Below, piece by piece: positions 26,023 through 37,711 of a stretch of 64,000 nucleotides of DNA (positions within the stretch are counted from its first letter, which is position 1; the number at the start of each line of letters is the position of its first letter). Location: the NCBI RefSeq assembly GCF_004010195.1, contig NC_057714.1, positions 15,676,738-15,740,737 of the forward strand. Reading direction: 5' to 3'. Under the pieces are notes generated by a model that was not told where the DNA came from, did no database searches, and was given only the letters and a program-made list of their open reading frames with translations. Made by a program: the position numbers and the translations under genes. This DNA comes from Chiloscyllium plagiosum. Taxonomy: Eukaryota.

Positions 26023-28454
26023 CCTATAGACTTTGCTGTTATTCACTCAGACAGCCAGATGTTCACACATGTTAAGGTTGAGTAAAGGTTGAGGCTGCTC
26101 TGACACCACACCTGGGTGGCCACTATCTGGTTGTGTACCTTGCATTCCACCACAGTCTTTCCTTTTGTTATAACAATATCAAAACGTTTGAACCATAAAA
26201 TCTTGGAAACATTCAACAAGACAGGTATCATCTGAGGAGGGAACAGACAGGTTAGATCTTTCAGGTTTAGATTTGCAGGTTTAAATCTTTCATCAGAACT
26301 GGTGCATTATTTTACATTTAGGAAATTGAATTAACAAAATGAGTAGAAAAAAGCAGCATATTGCAAGCAATTTCATGTCGGCATAGTACGTTGAGAAATT
26401 GCTCTCCCAGGTTATGGACTATATTCTAAAAAACATACTTCGTAATTTATTTGTTGCAGTACATAAGTATTGATTGGTGTTGCGAATGACATTTCAGAAA
26501 TAACATTAATGACATTTACACAAGCAGTTGATAGGATACTTCAATGCTTGAACCCACATGTCAATCTCCTAGAATGAGGGCAAAATCTTTAGCACTATAG
26601 CTACAGGACAAAATAAGTGTTTCTTTAAAATATTTTAGCTTTACAGAAATGAGACACCAGTGACATCCATTGTTGTTATCGCCAACAGAAAGAACCTTGT
26701 AAAAATAATGATACTGGATCCAGCTAGAAAAACATGGATAGATACTTGAGAACATTATGTACCATTGTAACTCTTGCAGTTAATTAAATACTGGAAGAAG
26801 GTTAGACAGATGTTCTTTTAATGATGAATTGGTTGTGTCTTTGAAGTTGTATATTTTGAAAACTTTCATTCAGAAACAAAAAAGACAATGATCAGTAAGG
26901 GACCTCTTAATGATATGAAGAATTGAGACATCAGAAATCGGTATTCTCAGTTAATGCTTCCCTTTTTGTTTTTAAAACAAATTGTACTTACGACATAGTC
27001 CAACCTACATAAAATGCTAAGTAGAAATGTATTGGTGGGATAACGTTGTTTTTGCTTTTATAAAAATCCAATTGTTTGAACTTAATAAACTCCTTTCAGT
27101 AGTAATATACCCAGAAAAAAAGAGAGCGGATTGGAAGGATTAGTTCTTGTCTATCTGACTGTTACACAAACATTTCAGTAACTACTGATAGGACTGTCAA
27201 AGGAATGTTTCTGATATGAAAACTCTATTACGGTAGTTTAACCAGGAAATTGTGAAAACAGTCAGAAATACTTATATTTGGTATTGATGTTCTTCACTTG
27301 ATTTTCTACACTTCTAACTTACAAACAATTTGTGCAGTTTATTCAAAAAATCAGGTATGTCTGTGAGAAATGAGGAGGTGTAAAAGTCTTAACTTCAAAT
27401 TAGGCACAATTCCTACAACACAGAGGACATAACATTGGAAGTTGAGGTCCAAGGAACTTCATCAAAACAAATTAGATGAGCTGCAGGAAATTAGGAGCTT
27501 CGATTCATACCGAAGCCCTGTGGCAAGACTGCATCTCGAGGATGGAAGTAAATGGCAGGGGTCAGGGGTCAGCAGCTGGAAGCAGCCTACAACTGTTTGA
27601 AGGAGTCAGAAGAAGCACTCTTTCTAACTTCTCAAATGCTGAAAAACATTAAAATCTTTTGTCCTTTTGAGCTACCTCCTGCTGTTCCTTTATAAACTGT
27701 TAATTTAAGCTGATTAAGAAAAAACAACTGGAGCTTGCATTGACTAAATTCTGTCTAGAGTGAACAAATCTAGGAGTCTGAGTCTGAAGTGAGCTGAAGT
27801 CTGAAATCTCATTCCAATATTGCATAAATGTTCCCGTTTGCTACATTGGTTCTATTGCACACACTTTAGATAGAAAATATGACATGGTCTTTAATTTTAG
27901 ACACCCGGTTCATCCTCAATGAATATCCCCTAAATTTTTGTTTTTGAGGGTTCTTGTTTAAATGAATGTGAAAATTGATTTATATCAAAGACTGTGAAGA
28001 TGCCTGGAATTGTTTTTTTTTCTTAAAAGGTTAGTTAAACGAAACTTAGAACTTCAAAAACAAAAACACTGACTGCAAGAGAAAATTAAGTAAACAACCA
28101 GAGCCTTATAGACTGCAATCTACTAAGAGAGGAGCCACCTACTTATCCTTTCCTACAATTTTGAGAAAGCCCTTTTGGAAATCAGCGTAAATGCTGTAAA
28201 ATGGATGGATCAATTCTCCCAAGGAGCCTTTGATATGTCCTAAATAAATTGCTTCTGAAAATATCTTTGTGTCAACCGCCAGTATGTGGTAAACCTATCT
28301 GTCTGTATTACCAGATAGGACACCGGACCAAAAGCCATCTGGACTGGTTTATACTTGTAGTAATCAGAACCAGATGGATCTTATTGACGACATGGTCCTT
28401 GATTGGCCCAGGTTAACACTCCCAATCAGGAAGCCCTAGCCAACAAAAAAAAAA

Positions 28455-29003
28455 CAGGGGATGGGAGGGACGGGGGCTTGCTGGGTCTGTATTGTATGCA
28501 CTGTTTCTTTATGTAACTGGATTGTCTTACGTATAAAGGCCATTGTTGCTGTCTTTTTATATTTGAAACTGGGATTTGTGGTTTGTCCTCAATTCCCTGT
28601 AAACTGGTTGAACGGTAGGGTTTGGGGCCTAGCTTTGCTGTTCCTCTCCCTTGTAAAATTAACATATACAGCTGTAAATGTTAATTGTTTTTTGTAAATT
28701 GTTTTGTAATTTGTTTAATAAAATAAAAACAGGGGATGGCGGCTTGCTGGGTCTGTATTGTATGCACTGTTTCTTTATGTAACTGGATTGGTCTTTTATG
28801 TATAAGTGTCATTGTCACTGTCTTTTATGTGGAACTGGGATTTGAGGTTTGTCCTCATCTCCCTGTAAACTGGTTGAATGGTAGGGTTTGGAGCCTGGCT
28901 TTACTGCTCCTCTCCCTTGTAAAATTGCTGTTGTATACAGCTGTAAATGTTAACTGTTTGTTGTAAACTATTTTGTAATTTTGAAATAAAACTTTAAAAA
29001 AAA
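28455..29003 (+). mobile_element. Two tandem ~275 bp poly(A)-tailed retroelement 3' ends (Tx1/L1-like 3' UTR)
   Basis: Copies at ~28455-28729 and ~28730-29003, each beginning caggggat and ending AATAAA + A-run. Confidence 0.6.
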
Positions 29004-29200
29004 CAGGGGATTTAGGATCTCCTCAGTTTAGGAGACTGACTGTGAGCTGGCCAGCCACAGAGAATAAAAAAAAAAACAGGCAATGAGAATCTCCTCAATT
29101 TAGGGTCTGATTCTGAGCTACCTGGCCACAGGGGAAAAAAAATGTTAAACTGGGAGATTAAGGATCTCCTCAATTCAGGAGACTGACTCTGAGCTGGCTG
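29004..29200 (+). repeat. Three diverged ~65-75 bp LTR-derived units separated by A-runs
   Basis: ggatctcctca.tt.agg...ctga.t.tgagct unit at ~29004, ~29077 and ~29150. Confidence 0.75.
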
Positions 29201-31325
29201 GCTATAGCCAATATATTATGTACAAGTAAATAATGAATAGCTTAATAATGGGATATTAGCCTCTGCACAGTTAGTTCAATATCTTGCCCTTTTTCTTTCT
29301 TTAAGATTTAACAGTTATTTAGCCAAAGATTTTATTTTAAAATGTTGGAGATGCATCTTACCAGAAATCTGTTTAGTGTCAATTTTGGTGAGTTTCTTGC
29401 AGGGCTTCTCTTCACCAGACTAGTGAGTTTTCTTGTGCTATCTACCCAAATTCAATGGATTATTATTCACCACCATTCCATTGTGCCCTGCTCATCCCAT
29501 TCTCTCACACACGAGGCAGAAGTATTCTCCACTGCTGGCACTGGTGTTGTATTTAAAGTCCAGCAGTGCACCCAGTCAAGCTCTGGTATTCCACAGCTGC
29601 TATACATGGTTCCCAACAATTGTCCCAGCTATATAGGTCAGAGAGTAATTGACACCCCACTTTGCTCAAGGAGCCTGAAGGTGCTGGTAGATACAGAATG
29701 CATGTGGTCATTGCCCCGAGACATGACCTGAGATGTTGGTAACTAGTGTCCAAGATAAGGTTTGGTGGAGCAAGTGGTGATCTGAGAGAATGAGAAAATG
29801 TATATCAATGAGATGACATAACAAAGAGGAATCATGCAATTAAAACATGCAGTCATCCTCCTTGCTCTTCATTGACAACAACCTCATCTCGTCATTAAAC
29901 ACTTGGTTAGTAAATGGAACGTTTTGCTCTCAGTCTCAGGAAACTCACATGATTTTCCCTACTTTTCACCATTGTATTTAGGAAAGACCTGTCCTTGAAG
30001 TGCACAGAAGAAGTATTTCTGTGCTGAATTTTCCTAATATCTGAATAATATGGTCAATAGCAAGAAAATGGTAAAAATATGGTCAGAATGAAACAATAAG
30101 ATTTGCAACTTTGGGGAAAAGATATCCAAGTTTCCTCTAAGGTTTCGACAACTAGGTGAGAACTTTGCTCGTGAGTTGTGAGGGGGCCTATTTGCATGCA
30201 CTGTCTCACAATCATTTAATCTCATCTTCTTTATCTATAGTTTGCTATTCTTTCAATTACTGGCATGAACTTAGATGGCACCAATTTTTGGTGGCTGCAG
30301 CTTGCCAGTGTATTCTTCATGCAACTGCCTTGGGCAGCACTCATTAACATCTAAGTACATGCTCCGTGGGCAGCGACAGCCTGCACCTTCTGCCCTAACA
30401 AGGTGACATCAGCAAAGCAGCCTCACCATGTCAGACTGACTTATAATATAGTTCAGCACTTCACTGCTGAAATGTGGAGTTCCCCAATACTTTACTTTGC
30501 AAAACTGACATCAGGTTGCTTTGCCTGCAGAGACAGGAACCCAACTCATGCGACAGAACAAGGTGCACTCAGGGCTCTTATTTCATTTCTTAGCACTCAC
30601 ATTATACTTACTTTGATGGTCATAGTATCTTTGCTTTACCTCATCTTTTAGTGCACCCACGCTCTATTCAGAATTAGCAGACTCGCAGTAGTTCTCGCTT
30701 GCTTTTCCTTTAGCACAGACAGAAATTGAGGAAGCTTACTCGTTTGCCAACAAGGGGGTGGACATGTTGCTGCGGGGCACCATGCTATAGCATGTACCAG
30801 CAGGTTACATGGCTAACACACTGAATGTTCTTCAACCAAATGACCATGTCTAAGAGGAGTGTTTTTTTTTCCCAATCAAAGGGAACAGGGTCAGTCAAAG
30901 GAAACTGGCAGTCATTTAAGGCCACTGTCAATCCAGGGGCATGTCCAAGAGCACTCGGAAACTTAGTGCAACTAGGCTCTGGGAATCTGTGTCCTTACAT
31001 TCCGGGGATAGGGTCACAATCCATCCAGAAGTCAAGACTGACCGGTTCAGAGATCACTGGTAATTCAGTTGGAAACTGCACAGTGATCATTCTGGGCTCT
31101 AGTCTGTGCTCAGGCAGGACTGTGCCCCAAGGTAGTCAAGGGTGATGGGGTAAATTTGAGGGATTTACACACTAATCATCAAAGGGGGATATCAGGAGCC
31201 ACACTCTATTGGGGAAGTCTAGTATGGGAATTGGAAGCAGCATGCTAGGATACTGATGGGACAACAGTGTGAAAGGGGCAGATGGGCAACTCTTACAAGT
31301 AAAGGTCTATAGATGATAGTGAAAA

Positions 31326-32155
31326 TGAAATAACTCCACAGAAGGTGGTATCTTGTCACCAAGTTACCCTTCATGCACATGTGGAGAGTCCTTGACACTG
31401 ATCCAACTCCTTCAGAACCAGCTCTCAGAGTGATCGCTATGCTTGGCACACCTATTCTTTTTTTATTTTCATTTTTTTTCCTTTTTTGTGTGTGCAGGTG
31501 TGAGACACAGTAAAGGACACAAGATGTACAAATCTTTATTCAATTTCCACCACTAGGAAGAAAAAAACACCCAAGTGGTCAGTGACAAACAATGCCCTTC
31601 ACAACAAAGGACAATGCTGCATGACACTCCTATAGTTTTTTTTTCTTTTTTTCTTTTTTTTTTCTTACTCACACTGATCCAACTCTCAAAAGGGAAAACA
31701 CCCAGTGGTCAGTGACAAACAATGCCCTTCACATCAAAGGACAATGCTGCATGACACTCCTATAGTTTTTTTTTCTTTTTTTCTTTTTTTTTCTTACTCA
31801 CACTGATCCAACTCTCAAAAGGGAAAACACCCGAGTGGCCAGTGACAAGCAGTGACACTCAAGTTTATTTATTTTTTCCTTTTTCTTTCTTTTTTAATTT
31901 TTTTTTTGTTTTATTAAACGACACTTCTATAGTTATCTGTCAGTCAGGGCTCCCTGATTGGACCAGATTAACAGTTCCAATCAGGGAAGTCATAGAGTCA
32001 TAGAGATGTATAGCATGGAAACAGACTCTTCGGTCCAACCCATCCATGCTGACCAGATATCCCAACCCAATCTAGTCCTACCTGCCAGCCCCTGGCCCAT
32101 ATCCCTCCTCGTATTCTTCATTATCCATTTGGCTGGCCACATTACAATCACTACA
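31326..32155 (-). mobile_element. Solo LTR related to 28356-29278, interrupted by poly(A) inserts and a CR1 tail (31989-32105)
   Basis: Reverse complement starts tgtagtgattg, contains ctgattgg...ccaatcagggagccct, ends gagttatttca. Confidence 0.65.
31457..31919 (-). mobile_element. Stack of short poly(A)-tailed Tx1-like 3' ends with a repeated target motif
   Basis: Four T-rich tracts on plus (~31457, 31636, 31766, 31863); gacactc(ctatag)-type motif at 31623, 31753, 31854 and 31920; shared core aaaacaccc.agtgg.cagtgacaa; the Tx1 assignment is from recall, not a search. Confidence 0.6.
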
Positions 32156-32699
32156 GGAGGGGTGTGGGTCTTTTCAAAAGTGGGGAGCATGGTGGAGGTT
32201 ATCAATAATCAGAACAATCCTCATTTCAGTGGTAGGCTGGCGTGGTTGGTGCATCATGATATTGGGAGTTATTAGTAGACCTGGCACTTGGTGGGGGGGG
32301 AGGGAGTTGAGATACATTGGAATGATAATTAGTTAAATATTTTAGGTTAGAACATGGGAAGGCTCAAACCTAATGGGGTTTATAAAGACTGCACTATAGA
32401 AAGGAACATGAAGGTGTGGAGCCTCAAAATAACAGGTGAAGCCTACAACTCACTATCTTAAGATGTGCAATATCTTTCATCTGCCTTAACTGTGCAAATA
32501 AACTTGAAAGATGGCTCTCAGTACATGCAAGGTGGTAGAGTAAGTTTATTTTTCTTTGTCTGTGCGACCGGACTTTACCTGTAGGTGAAAATGGAACTTT
32601 CAGGGAAAATCGCATTAATCATGTACATCATAAATTCAAGAATAAACACAATTTTGCATGTGTGCCTCATGCATTGACCAACAATGTGGCTTCTTCTGA

Positions 32700-32805
32700 C
32701 ACTTTTTGTGGTAGTATCGCTACTTCTGTGCAAGGAGGCCCAGGTTCGACTCCCAGCCACTCTAAGGACGTGTAGTAACATCTTGAACAGGTTGTTTAGA
32801 AAATG
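32700..32805 (+). mobile_element. Short tRNA-derived SINE
   Basis: gtggtagt (box A-like) ... ggttcgactcc (box B), then a non-tRNA body. Confidence 0.55.
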
Positions 32806-32844
32806 TCTATGCAAAACAAAGATATTGCTTACAAATCCTGATAC

Positions 32845-33230
32845 AAAGTGATAAAGACCAGACCAAACCCCCTCAAAATTTACCAAGGAGCTAGCCTAGA
32901 ACCCTGACTTTTTTCTTATTTAAAGGCAAGTGCAAGGTGCTGTGTTTCAGATGTAATTTGATTGGTCCACTACAGGCTACAACTCAGTCAAAATACAAAC
33001 AAATATAACCCCCAAAAATTGACATAACTTTAAGTCTGATGAAACACTTAATAAAATATTTAACAACTAATTATTAACTGTTCCAATATAGCAGCATCCT
33101 CTAAAGACACTCTTGGCAAAGGCAAATTCAGCAAAACAGATTTTCTGAATGTGCTCTTTCCTCCTCAGTCCAGGACAAAGGAGCAATCTAATGGCAGAGA
33201 GAGAATTCATGCTTTTTGCTGCAGGAACCT
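32845..33230. mobile_element. Probable LTR-like repeat fragment
   Basis: gaccagaccaaaccccctcaaaa...gattggtc resembles a common shark LTR-like repeat (recall only). Confidence 0.35.
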
Positions 33231-33249
33231 GGAATGTTTTTCCCTCAAC

Positions 33250-34075
33250 AAGCTGTGAGTCATATGCTCACCAGAATAGTTCCAATGTTTACACTAGCTA
33301 AAATACTCACTGAAATGTCAGCATTTGAGCTGGTATTAGGTTCAGGAGAAAACCTTGCCAGTGCTTCCTCTGAGACACTGGTAGTTTCTTCCTCAGAATT
33401 GGAGGAGATAGTGGCTAGAGACACTGGCCTTTTGTGGGAGGAGGCTGTGTATTTGCCTGTGGTGCCTGCAGAAGAGGGGAGAGGGTGTGACTTGTGCAAT
33501 AGGAGTAGAAGCTTGAGTATATAAAGAATTCATTCACAGTGGTGATAATGGGAGAGCAGCACAATGCATCGCAATTAATTTTGTTTGGTTGTTAGCACAT
33601 GAAGATCTCAGCACCCCTGTATGTGCGATGCTGGTCCTCTCCTACGAGCTCAAGGCTTCTCCTCATATGGCCACCCTATCACAAATCTTGGCAGTTTCAG
33701 CCTTATTGTGGACTATTTTCTTCAGCAATAAGACAAAAGGATGGATTGCCTAACATGAAAGTAGCTGGCAGAACTGTTAGTACTTGTGTCCTGAGTGAGT
33801 AAGTAGGAAGAGCTGGCAGAAAGAGGTAGTAGTCTTTAGGTATGAGGTGGGAAAGAGCCAGTGAATGAGGTTGCTGTGTGTAATATTGAGGGTGGTAGAC
33901 AATGAGCCTTCATGGTGGTGGCTTCAATGGCAGAGTTAAAGTGAACGTGTAGTATCAGAGAGAAGATGGTAACAGTTACCATTGCATAGTACAGAAGGTC
34001 ACTGACCTTCTTACAGCATTGTAGTATGTTCCTCCAAACTATGACTATCACACTGACCCAGGAGGCAAATTGTGG
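33250..34075 (-). pseudogene. Harbinger/PIF Myb/SANT-like accessory gene remnant (three exon-like blocks)
   Basis: SWVSVIVIVWRNILQCCKKVSDLL (~33995-34065; cf. R...QC.KK..DL), YEE.ALELVGEDQHRTYRGAEI (~33605-33670), and the S/T-rich block in ORF 33260..33499. Confidence 0.6.
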
Positions 34076-34469
34076 TGATTATTTGTTAAGGTTATAGGTC
34101 TTAGATATTCATTTTAGTGGTGCTCATGCTTCATGCTTATAAACTGAAGAGCATCAACAAGTTAGTTCTTTGCATAGACTCCAGGCTTACAACATTGTAG
34201 TTTCATTCTCCTTCACTGATCTAAGTAAGATTTCTGTGAAAACCAAGAGGACCTTTCCTTTTAATAAGGGATAACAAGAGTTTGAAATTGTCAGATTTAT
34301 AATATCACTCATTTAAATGTTTTGACATTATTTAACTGAATGTTAGATTACGTTTAGATTTTTTCCACCTCTTATGCAAAGTAACTTTATACTGATTGTG
34401 CAACATATGATTCAATGTGCACCATTGCAAATCTTTGTTGTCTATATTAAGAACTCAGAACTTGTGATT

Positions 34470-34650
34470 ATTCCAACTGATTTATTTGAAATCACAAGCT
34501 TTTGGAGCACTGCTCCTTCATCACTTTACCTGACAAAGGATCAGCACTTCGAAAGCTTGTGATTTCAAATAAACTTGTTGAACTATAACATGGTGTTGTG
34601 CGACTTCTGACTTTATCCATCCCAGTCCAACACCAGCACCTCCACATCAT
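34470..34650. mobile_element. PLE family B fold-back mini-element with decayed hammerheads
   Basis: tttatttgaaatcacaagctt...aagcttgtgatttcaaataaa inverted arms; ends cccagtccaacaccagcacctccacatcat. Confidence 0.75.
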
Positions 34651-35084
34651 ATTAAAAAGCTCACCTGAATGTGCCCCATGGGACTTGCCATATTGTTCTA
34701 TTTTTAGGCAGGCAGTAGGAAATGTGAATATATTTTAAAGAACAGCAACTTGCATTTATTTACTGGTCATTCCCCTTACAAGTTTTTTTTTAAAACTTGA
34801 AAGCCTTTTACCTGAGGCAGTATCTGATGGCTATAATCAAATTGGCCCTAAGACCCTCCAAACCTTGACCTCCCAGAGTCTCTGCATTTACAAACCCTCT
34901 GAAAGAAACCAGGGATAATGTAATCTTGTTAAAGGAGCAGCAGCATCAGAACTGTACCATACTGTGCTACCCTTTCACAAAACCATGATGAATTTACCTG
35001 ATTGCATTGAGATTTTTTAAGTGCCTTGCTTTAACAACCTTAATAATAGATTCCAGCATTTCCCCTATGACAGATTCTAAATGA

Positions 35085-35270
35085 AATAAAACTGGAGAAA
35101 TGTCAGCAGTTCTGGTAGCATTCATGGAGTGAGGAAAATGTGTTAATGTTTTGAGTCTAGTGACTCTTCTTCTATTTCTCTGTTCACAGATGCTGCTGCC
35201 AGACCTGATGAATTTCTCCAGGTTTTTCTGTTTTTGTTTCAGATTTCCAACATCTGCAGTATTTTACTTT
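35085..35270. mobile_element. Old PLE-terminus fold-back remnant
   Basis: ctggagaaat.tcagcag.tctggtagca / tgccagacctgatgaatttctccag inverted arms, then catctgcagt. Confidence 0.55.
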
Positions 35271-35480
35271 AATTACCTTGAGAATGAGCTCCTTATTTCT
35301 AGTTTTAGTAAGGTGGATCCAAAACTGGTTTGGTGATAGAAGATGGTTGTGATAGAAGGTCATTTGCGTGACTGGATGCTGATGTGTAGTGACATACTAT
35401 AGGTATCAGTGCTGGGTCTCTTACTGTTTGTGATATATAGAAATATATCAACAGTGTGATATTGTGATATATCAACAGTG

Positions 35481-35609
35481 CTTCGCCCAGAGGCCCACTG
35501 AAGATGTTACCTAGTAGGGTGACGAAACGCCTGGAAATGAACCTTCCAGCTCAGCGAGCAGACCTTCATCCAGAACCTCAACCTGAGCTACAAAGCTTCT
35601 CAAAACCCG
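35481..35609 (+). mobile_element. PLE family C terminal fragment with hammerhead motif (35495-35534)
   Basis: cca-CUGAAGA-U-GUUACC..GGUGAC-GAAAC-GCC-ugg; flanked by atatagaaa at 35435-35443 and 35610-35618. Confidence 0.65.
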
Positions 35610-35910
35610 ATATAGAAACAATATAGATGAGAATGTGGAGGGATAATAAGTAAGATTGCAGATGACATGAAGCTTGGTCGTGTGGTTAAATCATGAGAAA
35701 GAAGGTCTTAGATTACAGGAGGATATAAATGGATTGGTTCCAGATGGGCAAATCAGTGGCAGATAGAATTTAACACTGAATAGTGTGAGATGATGTAGTT
35801 TGGAAGAAGTAACAGGTGCTCAATGAATAACTGCAGGATTAGGAATCAATATGGACTAATGAAGAACGGATTTTCATTAGAAAGCACAGAGCACCAGAGG
35901 GACCTTAAAA

Positions 35911-36209
35911 TTTAGATTACTTACAGTGTGGAAACAGGCCCTTCGGCCCAACAAGTCCACACCGACCCACCGAAGCACAACCCACGCAGACCCATTCCCC
36001 TACATTTACCCCTGCCCCTAACACTACAGACAATTTAACATGGCCAATTCACCTGACCTGCACATCTTTGGACTGTGGGAGGAAACCAGAGCACCCAGAG
36101 GAAACCCACACAGAGAATGTGCAAACTCCACACAGTCAGTTGCCTGAGGCAGGAATTGAACCCAGGTCTCTGGCACTGTGAGGCAGCAGTGCTAACCACT
36201 GTGCCACCC
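35911..36209 (-). mobile_element. HE1-like V-SINE
   Basis: Same head, V-domain and tail as 14023-14340. Confidence 0.9.
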
Positions 36210-36920
36210 AATGTTTGTCCATAGATCACTGAAGGAAACAGGATAGGTTATTAGGGTAGTTAAGTAGGAATTCAGGATACTGCCTTTATTAGTCATGGCA
36301 TAAATTTTAAGAGCAGGGAAATTATGTTGGAGTTGAACAAAAACTTTTTTTAGGCCACAGCTGGAATACTGTGTGCAGCTCCCATTACCACATAATGTGA
36401 GTGATGGGAAGGGGCAAGGCCAGAGGCAAAGGTGATAGGTCAGATGTGGAATGAGGACCCTGTCAACCACAGTCGGTGGGAAACCACAGTTATGGAAGAA
36501 TCGGAATGTGGGAATGGCAAAACAATGGTGAGTCTGACTGCCAGACTGGAAAGAAAAGTCAACATTGTTTGTCCTTCAACGCTCCTACAACTCCCCCACC
36601 CCTAGACATTTAGACATTTAGACTCGAACCTTTAGCATGCTCTCTCTCCACAGATGCTGCCTGACCCGCTGTGATCACCACTCTTTTTGTTTTCAGTTCA
36701 GATTCCACCAAGTGCAGTAAGTGCTCCTAACCGACAGGTCGGTCATTTGCAATTTTCTCTCCCATCACCATCACACATCCCCTCACCTTCTGAAATAGTC
36801 GGATTACATTTGCAAATTTTCACTCCACAGTAACCTTTTTCCAGAATCTACAGAATTTGAAAGGGAACCATTAAGGCATCCACTTTCTCTATTGTTAAAA
36901 ATCACACAACACCAGTTATA

Positions 36921-37075
36921 TCCCCTCCTCCAAGTCCCTCCTCCCTACCTTTTATCTTCTCCTGCTGAACACTCTCTGCTCATTCCTGAAGAAGGGCCTG
37001 TGCCCGAAACGTCGAATCTCCTGTTCCCTGGATGCTGCCTGACCTGCTGTGCTGTTCCAGCAATAAAGTTTCAAC
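36921..37075 (+). mobile_element. PLE family A terminal fragment
   Basis: cctgaagaagggcctgtgcccgaaacgtcgaatctcctgttccctggatgctgcctgacctgctgtgctgttccagcaataaagtttcaac. Confidence 0.88.
36982..37017 (+). ncRNA. Intact minimal type-I hammerhead ribozyme motif
   Basis: Helix I auuc/gaau; core CUGAAGA + extra A; helix II GGGC(CUGU)GCCC; GAAA; palindromic ACGU helix III; GUC cleavage triplet at 37011-37013. Confidence 0.75.
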
Positions 37076-37711
37076 TAGTTAAGTAGGAATTCAGGATACT
37101 GCCTTTATTAGTCATGGCATAAATTTTAAGAGCAGGGAAATTATGTTGGAGTTGAACAAAAACTTTTTTTAGGCCACAGCTGGAATACTGTGTGCAGCTC
37201 CCATTACCACATAATGTGAGTGATGGGAAGGGGCAAGGCCAGAGGCAAAGGTGATAGGTCAGATGTGGAATGAGGACCCTGTCAACCACAGTCGGTGGGA
37301 AACCACAGTTATGGAAGAATCGGAATGTGGGAATGGCAAAACAATGGTGAGTCTGACTGCCAGACTGGAAAGAAAAGTCAACATTGTTTGTCCTTCAACG
37401 CTCCTACAACTCCCCCACCCCTAGACATTTAGACATTTAGACTCGAACCTTTAGCATGCTCTCTCTCCACAGATGCTGCCTGACCCGCTGTGATCACCAC
37501 TCTTTTTGTTTTCAGTTCAGATTCCACCAAGTGCAGTAAGTGCTCCTAACCGACAGGTCTGTCATTTGCAATTTTCTCTCCCATCACCATCACACATCCC
37601 CTCACCTTCTGAAATAGTCGGATTACATTTGCAAATTTTCACTCCACAGTAACCTTTTTCCAGAATCTACAGAATTTGAAAGGGAACCATTAAGGCATCC
37701 ACTTTCTCTAT

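Larger units (their letters stand above)
28356..29278 (+). mobile_element. Solo LTR (TG...CA) interrupted by poly(A)-tailed inserts
   Basis: Starts tgtagt, paired CCAAT boxes (gattgg...ccaatcagg), ends gttagttca; homologous to the reverse complement of 31326-32155; no TSD found. Confidence 0.6.
35290..36390 (+). mobile_element. Decayed CR1 RT fragment interrupted by a PLE end and an HE1 SINE
   Basis: tcagtgctgggtctcttactgttt (SVLG.LLF), ttgcagatgac (ADD), aggccacagctggaatactgtgtgcag (RPQLEYCVQ). Confidence 0.75.

Noticed and set aside
28455-29200. CRISPR-like repeat/spacer array
   Set aside because: Vertebrate DNA, long diverged units with A-tails, no unique spacers and no cas genes.
29342-29731. 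129 aa ORF as a Harbinger DDE transposase
   Set aside because: No DGTH/DCTH, GDSGY or IE..FG motifs visible.
31564-31823. Counting all poly(A) units in the second LTR as independent insertions
   Set aside because: Two units share the same truncation point (atgctgcat|gacactcc) and a ~130 bp period, so one is probably a later tandem duplication.
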